Source of the DNA: an uncultured Planctomycetaceae bacterium
GTDB taxonomy: Bacteria > Planctomycetota > Phycisphaerae > SM23-33
DNA: 64,000 nucleotides
Assembly: GCA_964385465.1 (NCBI GenBank)
Contig: CAYLPJ010000003.1
Coordinates: forward strand, 148,626-212,625
Direction: 5' to 3'
Shown here: positions 17,773 through 28,900 of the stretch, piece by piece
How positions within the stretch are numbered: the first letter of the stretch is position 1
Layout: the number at the start of each line of letters is the position of its first letter
Made by a program: the position numbers and the translations under genes
The notes under the pieces: generated by a model
What the model was told of the DNA's origin: nothing
Seen by the model: the letters and a program-made list of their open reading frames with translations, nothing else
The model's database searches: none

Positions 17773-19179
17773 TCAGCGGCGCTTCGGACCGACTTCGGTG
17801 GAGATTCCCAGGTGCACCTCGGCGGCACCGAAGATCGTCTCGCCCAGCGTCGGGTGCGGATGAACCGTGCCGGAAAGGTCGGCTGCGCGGCAACCCATCT
17901 CGATGGCCAGGGCGCACTCGCCGATGAGCTCCCCGGCCTCGGGGCCGACCAGACCGGCGCCCACCAGGCGATCGGTGTCGGCGTCGAACAGCAGCTTGGT
18001 CAGGCCTTCGGGCCGCCCCAGCGAATGCGCCCGGCCGTTGGCGGCCCAGGGGAACTTGCCGACCTTCACCCCGACGCCCCTCTCGCCCGCTTGCTGCTCG
18101 CTCAGGCCGGCGACGGCGATCTCGGGGTCGGTGAAGACCACGGCGGGCACGACGCGCTTATCGAACGCGGCCGGCTCGCCGGCAAGGGCCTCGGCGGCGA
18201 CGTGACCTTCGTGGAACGCCTTGTGGGCCAGCAGCGGCTCGCCGGTGACGTCCCCGGCGGCGAAGATGCGGTCGGCGGAGGTCCGCTGGCGGTCGTCCAC
18301 GGCCACGTAGCCCTTGTCGTCCAGCTCGACGCCGGCGTCCTCCAGGCCGAGGTCCCCGCTGTTGGGCTCGCGACCGACGGCCACGAGGACGCGATCGAAC
18401 GTCGCCGAGAACGTCTCGTCGCCGCGCCCCATGGTGGCCTCGATCTGCTCGCCGCTTTCGGTGAGTTCCTCGACCGTCGTGCCGAGATGGATCGCCTCGA
18501 CAAGGCCCTCGAGCCGCTTGTGCAGCGGCTTGACCAGGTCGTTGTCGACGCCGGGCATGAGGTTGTCGAGCATCTCGACGATGCTGACCCTGCTGCCGAG
18601 GCGGGCGTAGGTCGTGCCCATCTCCAGGCCGACGTACGCCCCACCGATGACCAGCAGCGTCTCGGGAATGTCCGGCAGGTACAGCGCGCCCTGGCTGGTC
18701 ATCAGCCGGTCGCTGTCCAGCCGCAGCGGCCCAGGCACCACCGGGCGGGAGCCCGAGCACAGGACCGCGTGCTCGAATTCCACGCGGTCCTCGTCGAGAT
18801 CCTCCCCGTCGAGGTGCAGGCTCCGGCCGTCGGTGAACCGGGCCCGGGCGCGGATCACCTTGACCTTCCGCCGTTTGGCCATGCCCCCCAGACCCTTGAC
18901 CAGCGCGGCGATGCACTTGTCCTTTCGCGCTCGGACGGCGTCGACGTCGATTGCACGGTCGCCGAAGGTCACGCCCCATTCGGCCGCCTCTTCCACCCGG
19001 GCGAGGCTCCGCCCCACGTTCAGCAGGGCCTTGGAGGGAATGCAGCCTTCCAGCAGGCAGACGCCGCCCAGGCGTGGACGGGCCTCGATCAGCGTCGTCT
19101 CGATCCCCAGGTCCGCCGCCCTGAAGGCCGCCGAGTATCCCGCCGGCCCGCCACCGACTACCGCCAGTTCCGTGCGCAT
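17773..19179 (-). CDS. lpd: Dihydrolipoyl dehydrogenase (E3)
   Basis: ATG at 19179 (MRTELAVVGGGPAGY). Redox-active disulfide motif GGVCLLEGCIPSK. ~468 aa. Confidence 0.9.
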   Translation of the reverse strand: MRTELAVVGGGPAGYSAAFRAADLGIETTLIEARPRLGGVCLLEGCIPSKALLNVGRSLARVEEAAEWGVTFGDRAIDVDAVRARKDKCIAALVKGLGGMAKRRKVKVIRARARFTDGRSLHLDGEDLDEDRVEFEHAVLCSGSRPVVPGPLRLDSDRLMTSQGALYLPDIPETLLVIGGAYVGLEMGTTYARLGSRVSIVEMLDNLMPGVDNDLVKPLHKRLEGLVEAIHLGTTVEELTESGEQIEATMGRGDETFSATFDRVLVAVGREPNSGDLGLEDAGVELDDKGYVAVDDRQRTSADRIFAAGDVTGEPLLAHKAFHEGHVAAEALAGEPAAFDKRVVPAVVFTDPEIAVAGLSEQQAGERGVGVKVGKFPWAANGRAHSLGRPEGLTKLLFDADTDRLVGAGLVGPEAGELIGECALAIEMGCRAADLSGTVHPHPTLGETIFGAAEVHLGISTEVGPKRR

Positions 19180-19595
19180 GGCTCTCCCGTGTGCGAATAC
19201 AGTATTTCCGCCGTGTCGGCCGGCGTGGGCCCACCGGCCGTGTCGCGGTATTGTAGCGCGGCAAGACGCCGGCGGACCGGTGGGAATTCTGCGCGCCCCG
19301 GTCAAGGGCGTGTCGGGCAATCCCCCGTACTCTCAAGGGGAACACCCCGTAGCCGATTGGGCAGGCCGGCGGACAGACGGTCCCCGCGTCTTCTCGTTAC
19401 AATCGCGGACAGTTCGGCTTGGAGCGCAAAGCGTGCTGGTTGGAGGCTCGCCCGAAAAGCCCTTCTATCGAGAAGAGATGTTCCCTCGTCGGAGGAAGTC
19501 TCCGCAGGGCGGCGTTCGTCAAGCATCTCGGCGGAGACGAGTCGTTCCGGACGGCCCGCCCTTCCAGGTTGCCGTCCGGTCGGCCGGGGCCGACA

Positions 19596-19700
19596 TGGAA
19601 CGACTTGCCGAACGCTTTTTTATCGCCGTAAGACCAAACACTACGACGTATTAGGCAACACGAACGCAAACCGTGCCCTTTCTTCAGGCACGGGTGACGC
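19596..19700 (+). promoter_or_regulatory. Locally AT-richer island with a T-run and a hairpin in the ~760-nt leader upstream of the giant gene; putative promoter / 5'-UTR element
   Basis: Sequence 'ttgccgaacgcttttttatcgccgtaagacc' followed by the hairpin ccgtgcc-ctttcttca-ggcacgg. It is unusually AT-rich for this genome. No confident -35/-10 assignment. Confidence 0.3.
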
Positions 19701-19930
19701 GGCTGGCGCATACGATCCTTTGTACGCGAATCTCACTTCTGCCCAGGTCAGTTGGACGACAACCGAGATACGAGGGCCACCTCGATCCCCGCTGCGCCGG
19801 CTCCTCCTTGGAGGAACCCTTCCAGCCAGCGCCGATCCAGCACGTCCGGCCGATCTCCATGGCGGTACCGCCCCGTTGCGGCGCGCAGGGTTTCGGTCTC
19901 GATGTACCCGGAGGTCTTCACGGACATAGA

Positions 19931-19936
19931 AGGAGG
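19931..19936 (+). promoter_or_regulatory. Shine-Dalgarno AGGAGG for the giant gene
   Basis: AGGAGG lies 7 nt upstream of the ATG at 19944. Confidence 0.5.
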
Positions 19937-19943
19937 CAGCATC

Positions 19944-22900
19944 ATGGATACGTCGAGCAGCCCGTCTTCGCCCGCTTCGCCCGACGGCTCTCCCGATTCC
20001 GTAGTCCAGGTGGTCACGGTCCCGACCGGAGGCAACCTGCCGTCGATCGAGCCCCTCGAGCCGAGACTCCTGCTGTCGGTCGGGGACGTCACGCTGATGC
20101 AGCAGATGGTCGAGACGCTCGACGCGGCCGGAGAGCACGCCGACCGGCTGCGCTCGGACTTCCTCCGCGGCGCCGATCCGGTGGTCACGTCCGAGACGCT
20201 GCCCGGCACAAACGCCACGCTCGACGAGCTGACGGGGCTGTCGGACTACATGAACGTGGGGACGTACGTGCGGCACTACGTGCACCCGGTGGCTCATCCC
20301 GACGAGGACCTGCCCGGCGGCGACACGCTGCCCGTCGGCCCCGAGGAAGACCCGAGCATCGAGGGCCTGGCCGACTTTCTCGAGGCCAACTGGTTCGGCT
20401 CGCTGTTCGGCGGCGCCCTGGCCGGGACCGAGCTGGACGTCTCCTCCACCACATCCGACCCCGTCACCGACGCGACCATCAGCTTCGCCACCGACCCCGG
20501 CGGGGAGACTTTCACCGCCAGCGTGCCGATCGGCATCAGCGAGGACGTCGCGGGGATCAGCCCGGCCTTCACCGACGTACTGGCTACGTTCACCGTCGAG
20601 TTCGCCTTCTCGTTGACCGTGGACTGGGCCGACGCCGAGCCGGAGTTCTCCTACTCCGTCGACACGCTCGCCGTCGACTTCTTCGCCGTCGATGCCACGC
20701 CGGTAGTCCCCTTCCGGGTCGGGGACCTCGCCGGTTCGGCCGGGCACCCCCAGGAGATCCCGGGCCTGATTACAGCCGGCGTCTACGTGGACGCGCCGCT
20801 GGACACGGTGGCCGGGGAATTCGTTGCCGACTTCGACCCCACCGGCGACCCGGTCAGCTCGATCAGCATGGACTTGCCTGTCCACGCCGTCCTGGCCGGG
20901 CAGGACGTCACGCAAGGCGCCGACGCGCGGGTCATGCTCCAGGGGGACTACTTCGTCGACCAGGGGCGAGGCACCACGCCGGCGACGTTCACCACCCAGA
21001 ACATGGAGAATGTCTCGGACTTCTCCGACGTCACGCTCGACGGGCTCCGCCAGACGCTGGAGTCCCTCCGCGACGACTGGCTTGCCGGCGTGACCTCGAC
21101 GGACGCCTTCAACGTCGAGATCCCCTTCCTGGACTCGACGCTCGCGCAGACCGTCGACTTCGGCACGGCGTTCGACGCCGCCGTGCTGGGGGAGCTCGAC
21201 TTCGACTCGCTCGAAACGCTCCAGGACTTCGAGGCCGAGGCCAGCCGCCTCGGCCTTTTTGCTGACGGGGAATCGCTGAGCTACGATCCCGCCACGCAGA
21301 CGGTCACGCTGCCGCTGGACTTCGCCGTGGACCTCCACGAGCTGGACCTTCGCGGGCTGGACGAACTGGGGCTGACCGACGCCGAGACGCTCGTCGCCGA
21401 GGGGCTCATCCAGATCGACGACCTCGTCGACCCCGACGACCTCCTCGACGAGGGCACGCTGACGCTCAGCGAGCTGATCGACGTCGGCGTGCTGTCGTCG
21501 GCGGACGTGGCCGACTGGGAGGGCATGGACCTCGACGCCGTCGCCGCGGCGGGGCTGATCGGCCCGCGCGGTCTCGACCAGGCCGGGCTCACCGGTCCGG
21601 ACGTGGACCTCGACGAGCTGATGGTCGCCGAGCTGGTCACGCTGGCCGACCTCGTCGAGGCCGACTACGTTACGATCGGCTCGATCGCCTCGCAGCTCGG
21701 GTTCATCAAGGAGGCGAACCTGCTGGCCTCCAACCTGGCCGACTTCGGCTTCGACCTGCTGAGCTTGAGCACCACCACCGACATCGTCGAGGTCGAGGAC
21801 GTCCTCGGCAGCGGCCTGACCGACCTGGAGGAGCTCTTCGACGAGGCCCTGCTCGGTCTCGGCGACCTGGCCGTGGAATCGCTGCCCGTCGATGAGGTCA
21901 TCGCCGCCGGCGTCGCGTCCCTGCACGACCTCGTCGACCAGGGGCTGCTCGTCGCCGACGACCTGCTCGACTCCGTCGTCTTGGCCGTCACCGACATCGT
22001 CGATCAGACCACCGTCACGCTGGTGGACCTCTTCGATCACTCGCTGGTGGGCATCGAGGATTTCGCCTCCGACACCGCCGTGGACCTCGTCGATGTTCTC
22101 GACGAGGGCCTGACCACGCTCCGCAGGCTCGTGGATACCGGGCTGGTCGTCGTGGACAGCTTCCCCGACTTGGACCTCGATCCGGCCGACCTGCTGAACG
22201 AAGGGCTTGTCACGCAGTTCCAGCTCGATTTCAACGAGCTGGTCGAGTCCGGAACGGTCTCGCTCCACCGGCTGGTCAACGAAGAGATCGTCCCGCTGCT
22301 GGACCTCGTGGACGCCGGGCTCGTCGTGGCCGGAGACATCGCGGCGGCGACCGCCTCGCTGTCGGACATCCTGGCCGAGAACCTGTTCGCTGCCCGCGAC
22401 CTGCTGGTCGCCGAGCTGGTGGACGCCGCCGCCCTGGTCCGCGACACGCTGGACGTCCACGATCTCCTGGACAGCGGGGCCGCCCAGTTGGCCGAGCTCG
22501 TCAACGCCGGATTGATCGACGCGTCGGAGTTCCTCGCCGACCAGCTCGACATCCGCGAGCTGATCGGCACGCCGCTGGCGGACCTAGGCGACCTTGCGCG
22601 GGAGAACCTGCTCGAACCGGCGGACGTCGTGCTGGACGCGTGGAAGGAGTCGGAGATCGCCTCCAAGGCCTCCGACCTGCTCTCGGACATCCAGACCAAC
22701 GGGCTGGTCGGGCCCGGGGCGATCATCGACCTAGACCAGCTCGTCACCAACAGCCCCATCCAGCTTGAGCACCTGGTCTACTTCCAGTTGATCTCCCACG
22801 CCGATCTACCGGACCTCGGCACGGTGCCCCGCGGGGACCTGCTGGACGCCGGCATCATCGACGGCAGCATGCTCGAGCGCAACGGGCCCGCCGAGGTCGT

Positions 22901-25900
22901 GGACGCCGGCCTGCTGACGCTCGGCGACCTGGTGGACCTTTCCGAACTCGAACGGGGCGACCTCGCCGACCTGGCGCCGGTGGACCTGGACCTGTTCGGC
23001 TTCGACGCCGCCACCATCGAGGACCTGGACACCGGCGGATTCATCGATCACAGCGACGCCGTATCGATCACCGACCTGGCCGCCCACACGTCGCTGACGA
23101 TCCAGCGGCTGCGCCGCCTGGGGCTGCTTACCGACGGCGACCTCTCCGACGACCTCGGCAACGTGCTGCTGGACGACGTGCTCGTCCAGGGCTTCGTCGA
23201 CCGCGACGACCTGCTGGCCTCCGGCGTCGTCGAGAATGCCAAGCTCGACCCCTACATCACGCAGGATGCGCAGGGCAGGGACGTCGTGCCCGTCGTGACC
23301 CTCACCAGCGTCGGCCTGGCGACCCTGGCCGAGCTCGCCGAGGCCGGGCTTCTGGACCTGACCGACCTGGACGCCACGCTGCTGGGCCTGACGACGGTCG
23401 GCGAGCACGACGTGCTGGCCTCGGGGCTGGTCTCCCCGCGGGCGCTGGACGACAACGGTCTGCTCCAGACCGCTGGCGGGCCCAACGACCGCTCCGTCAA
23501 CGTCGAGGACCTCCTGAAGCTCGAACTGGTCTCCCTGGCAGAGGCCTTCGAGGCCGGGTGGGTCCACATCGCCCACGTGCCCGGGGTCGACATTGCCCTG
23601 GACGGGCTGCTGGCCTCGGACGTCGTCGGCGAGAACGCCCTGGCCGACGAGGGGCTGACCGACGCCGACGTGCCGATCGAGGCCCTCGTCTCGGCCGGGC
23701 TCGCCGACGCCGAGAGCCTCGTGGTCGCCGGGCTGATCCGCCAGAGCGAGCTGTGGGACGCCAGCGCCGTTTCCCTCCGGCGGCTGATCGACGCCGGCCT
23801 GGTGGATACCTCGGACCTCGCCTCCGGCGGCGTGGTGGACCTGGAGGACCTGCTCGAAGCCAACGTCTTGGACCAGAAGTACGTCGACGAGAACGACCTG
23901 GCCGAGACCGTCGCCGGCGAGGAAGACCACATCCTGCTGGAGACCCTCCTGGCCGACGGGAACCTGACCTTCGAGAACCTGGTCACCAGCGGGGCCATCA
24001 CGAGGGACGACTTCGTCAACAAGGCCTTCAACCAGTTCGCACTCGAGGCAACGCTCCTGGAAGGCGAGCTGCTGTTCGACGCCGGCGAGTTCGATGACGT
24101 GGTTCACTTCGGCACGGTCCCGCTGGACACCCTGCTGGACTCGATCCTCTTCGTCACCACGCTGACCGACTACATCGGCCTGGAGTTTGTCGACCATTTC
24201 GACTTCAACAACGTCTCGCTGACCACCGCGAACATCGAGGCGGAGTTCGGCGTGGACGTCGACGCCGCCTTCGAGCCGACCGTCGCCCTGTACGACCTCA
24301 TCGACGAGGACATCCCCGGCGTCTCGCTGACCACACTGGTCATGGCCGACTTCGTCGCCCGCTCCGACCTGATCGACGAGTCCATGCCGCTGGACATCGT
24401 CGAGCTCGAGGCCTCGCCGCTGTTCGAGGAGGGCGACCTGAACAACTTCATCAGCAGGTTCGACGTCTACCTCTACGACGTGATGGAGGACCACTTCGTC
24501 GGCGACCTCGTCCGCGCAGGCCTGGTGGATGCCAACGACCTGATCATCCGCAACTTCGCGGACCTGGCCGACTTCGTCGAAGAAAGGCTGCTCGGCAAGC
24601 AGGACTTCCAGGACGTGGACATCCCCGCCGCGGACCTGACCTCCGCCGGTGTGGCGACCTCGGTGGCCCTGACCGACCGCGGGCTGATCGATGCCGGCAA
24701 CGTCTCGCTGCTGAGCCTGGTCAACACCGACCTGACCGAACTGCCCATCCTCATCGAGCAGGGACTGGTGGACTCCGATGACCTCGCCGCGCACGTCCTC
24801 GCCCGCGAGACCGAGACCGTCCTCAACAGCAACGTCATCGACCAGGCCCTGCTCGACGCCGCCGGCGTGATCACCGGCGCCGAGAACGATCAGGTCACTC
24901 TCAACGGGCCGACCAGCCTGCTCAGCGAGGACCTCGCGGGCATCTACCACCTGGCCCGGACCGGCGTGATCGCCCCGTCCTACCTCGACCCGGCCGCGAC
25001 GGTCGACGCCGACGATCTGCTCTCCACCACGCTGGTCTCCGATGGCGAGCTCTTCGACGCCGGTACGGTGGAACTGCTCACGCCGGGCGAGCTGTTCGCC
25101 GCCGGGCTGGTCTCCCCGGGGGACCTGGGCGTCACCGAGATCAGCCTCAACGCCCTCGACCGGGTCAATGCGATGGACCTGGACGACCTCAGCGACCCCG
25201 ATCTGCTGATTGCCCTGGGCCTGGCGACGGCCGATCGGATCGACGGCGTCGGCAGCGTGGACGTCGCCGAGATCACCGCCGCCGGGCTGACCACCGAGGC
25301 GGACCTGCTGGCTGCCGGGCTGCTCGGTACGCACGTGGACCTGGCCGCCCTGCTCGATTCCGGCCTCGTCACGGCCGAGCAGTTGCTCGACGAGGGGCTC
25401 GACGACCGTAGCGGGCGTGTGCCCCTGGAAGACCTGGTCGACTCCCCCCTGACGACGCTGACCGACCTCCAGACCGCCGGCCTCGTGCCCGCGAGCATTC
25501 CCATCGCCGACCTGGTCGACTCCGGCGAGGTCGCCCTGGCGGACCTGCTGGAAGACGGCGTGGACAAGGCCGCCCTGGTCGCCTCGGCGCTGGGCATCAG
25601 CGAGCAGGACCTCGTCGACGCCGGGCTGTTCGACCGCGGCGTGAACATCGCCGACCTGGTGGCGACGGACCTGGCTACCGCGGAGGACTTGTCGCTCTTC
25701 GGGCTGCTTCCCACGGTGGTCGATCCGGAGGATATGATCCTGTTGAACCTGGTCACCGGCGAGCAGCTCGTCGACGCCGGCCTGATCTCTCAGGCGATCC
25801 TGGACACCGAGGCCTTCGTCCCGGTGCTGCTGACCGACGTGCTCGAGGCGCTGCGGGACGGCGGCGACCCGAACTCCCACCTTGTCACCGTCGCCGACCT

Positions 25901-28900
25901 GGCGATGAACGGCTTCTTCACCGACGACATCGCGCGCGGCGACCTGACCGGCTCGGGCGTGGTCACCGGGGGTGAGCTGGACGACGCCGGCCTGACGGGC
26001 GACCCGATCAATCCCCGCGACCTGCTGATCGCCGGGCTGGTTGCCGGCACCGAGCTCGCCGCCGCCGGGCTGCTGACGCTGACGGTCTCCAAGGACGACA
26101 TCACGAGCCCGGGCTTCGCCGCCGTCGCCGGGGAGGCGGTCACCGAGGCCGACCTCGTGGACGCCGACCTCCTTCGCGGGCGGGTCGATCCGGACGGTAT
26201 CGTCGCCGCCGGCCTGGCCACGCAGGGCCAGCTCGACAGCGAGGGCCTGGCCGCCGAGCCGATCATCCCCCGCGCGGACCTCGATGACCTGCCGCGCGTG
26301 GACGTCGACGCCCTGGACCTCGCCCCCGTGCCGCTGGCCAAGCTGCTGGCCGAGGGCATCGTCGACGAGAACGACCACGTGGACCTCGATGCCGTGCTCG
26401 ACACCGTGCCGACCGGCGAGAACGCCCCGCTGCTCAGCGCCGCCGACCTGGCCCGGCTGGGGCTGATCACGCCCCGCGACCTCAACGGCCACGATCCAAA
26501 CGTCCTGCTGCTCCACGATCAGCCGATCGACCTGAGCGGCGACTACGGCCTGGACCTCGTCGGCCTGGTGACCGACGCAACCGCCGACCTGCGGGCGACG
26601 GCGAGCGGGTCGTTCGACCTGGTCGCCGACGCCGACGGGCCCGCCGGCGGCGGGACGCTCACGTGGACCGTGGACGACGCCGAGCTGACCGCCGAGGTCG
26701 GTTTCGACGTCCGCGACATCGACGCGACCGGGCGGCTGGGCTTCATCGGGGTGACGCTGGCCGACGTCGCCGGCCTCGAGAGCCTGATCCACCTGGACCT
26801 GACGCAGACGGGCGTACTGGACGCCGACGGCAGCCTCGGGACGGACACGGACCGCTCGTTCGCCGCCGGCGAGGTCGCCGCCGGCGATCACGACGACAAA
26901 TGGGTCACCGACACCACCGGCACGGCGGAGGCGACGCTGCGCGGGGTCAAGGTCAACACCGGCCTCGGCGGCGTCCCGGTCGCCCACGGCGCGGAGATCG
27001 TGCTGAGCGTCGAGGACCTGACGCGCGACAAGGACCATGCCGACTACCTCTCCCTGGAGCTGCGCAACCTGCCGGGCATCTTCTCCATCCACGAGCTGTT
27101 GCGGCTGGAGGACCTGCTGACGACGCTGCTCCGCGCCCGCGACTACGTCCGCACGGCCATGGACCAGGTTCCGTTCTTCGTCACCGACCCGGAGTCGCCG
27201 GTCTACGAGTTGCTGGACAGCGTGAAGCTGCCGATTCTCGATCGCTCGCCGGTCGAGCTGCTGACGGTGATCGGGGACATCGACGAGGCGATCACCGACG
27301 TCGAGCGGTTCCTCCGCGATCCCGAGAACGACATCCAGCGGCTCGTCGGCGTGTTGATGAACGCCCTGGGCCTGGACATCGAGGCCGACAGCGACGTCTT
27401 CAGCGTGGCCATGGAGGGCAACGTGCTGAAGGCGAGCCTGAGCATCGACCAGGACGTCAGCGAGACCGTGCCCTTCGATTTCGACTTCTCGGCCCTCGCC
27501 GACGCGTTCGGCGGCAGCCTGCCGAGCGAACTGGACGGGCTGGGTGAGCTGGTCAGCCTCGACGCCGAGGGCGAACTGACGTTCACCGGCTTCGCCGAGC
27601 TGGACGTCCAGGCCGGCGTGGACCTCGGCCCTCGCGCCGAGGACCAGCCGGTGGACAAGTTCCTCTACGACTGGGACGACGGCCTCCAGGCAGGCACGCG
27701 CGTGGCCGCGGGGTTCAAGGTGCTCGGGCAGAACCTCGACCTGGGCTTCGAGGTTTTCGACTCCATCGGCCTGTCCACCTTCAACGGCGCCCAATTCGAC
27801 CTCGACGAGAGCGGGTCGCTCGACGCGACCACCTACAACGCCGACGTGACCATCGACGCCGACGCCGACGTGACCACCAACCCCGAGCTCGGCGACCCGA
27901 ACGACCGCTCGGACTACGTGGCCGTCACGTTCGAGCTGGACCAGCAGCCGGGCACCGGCGTGGACGACGACGGGCTGTATCGCTTCGACGAGACGCTGCT
28001 GGGCGATAACGTGGTCTTCGGCGGCGTCGACGGCGGGTTCGAGGTGCTCCTGCCGCTTGAGATGGACATCTTCGGCGCGACGACGCAGTTCGAGGGCCTG
28101 GGCACCTGGCCGCTGTGGATCCGCACGAACCCGGTCTACGAAAGCGGAACGAATGCGGGGCTGGAGCAGGTCTTCCGCCACGTCTTCAACACCAGCCCGG
28201 GCCCCGACGAGCCCGTGCTCATCGACGCGCCGGACATCACCGGCCAGCTCGGCAACCTGGCCGACAGCGTCATCCGCACGCTGCTGGAGGAGCTCGCCGA
28301 CCTGGTCGGGGACCTCAAGCAGGAGCTGCTCGACGCCGGCCTGCTGGACCTCGAGATCCCTGGCACGAGCACGACGGTGGACGACCTCTTCGGGGCCGGC
28401 AACGACAACGGCCTGCCCGGCGTGCCCACCGCGACGGGAGCCGAGGCGCTGCTGGATATCGACACGTACGTCTTCGAGTACCTCGATACGGTGCAGTGGA
28501 CGGGCTCCAATTCGGTGCAGGACGGCTCGGTCACGCCGGGGGACATCTGGAACGGCCTGGCGACGTTCCTGACCAACCACTGGGTCCCGACCCTGCCGGG
28601 GATCGGCGTGGGCGTCGGCGGGAACTTCATCACGGCCAACGTCTCGGGCGACCAGTTGAGCCTCGACGTCGACGGCAGCTACAGCTTCAACGAGACGGTG
28701 GACGCCGACTTCGGCGAGCACCTCGGCGGGCTGAGCCTGACGATGAATACGCTTGGGATGGACCTCGCCCTGTCGACGCTTCTGAAGTTCGGGTTCGACG
28801 TGGACCTGGGGACCAACGACGTGGAGTTCGACTTCGAGGAGTTCGGTTTCGACGCGTCGTTCGACACCACCACGCTGGACCTCGGGCTGACCTACGAGGG

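Noticed and set aside
14823-19929. Antisense ORFs opposite aceE and lpd (14823..17009 +, 17416..19929 +, 14977..16119 -, 16432..17676 -, 18158..19345 -)
   Set aside because: High-GC artefacts. The PDH genes are clearly identified on the minus strand in the other frame.
19752-19943. Tool-predicted TTG start of the giant ORF at 19752
   Set aside because: The 64 residues before Met(19944) are R/S/P-rich and there is no RBS. The ATG at 19944 has a perfect AGGAGG 7 nt upstream.
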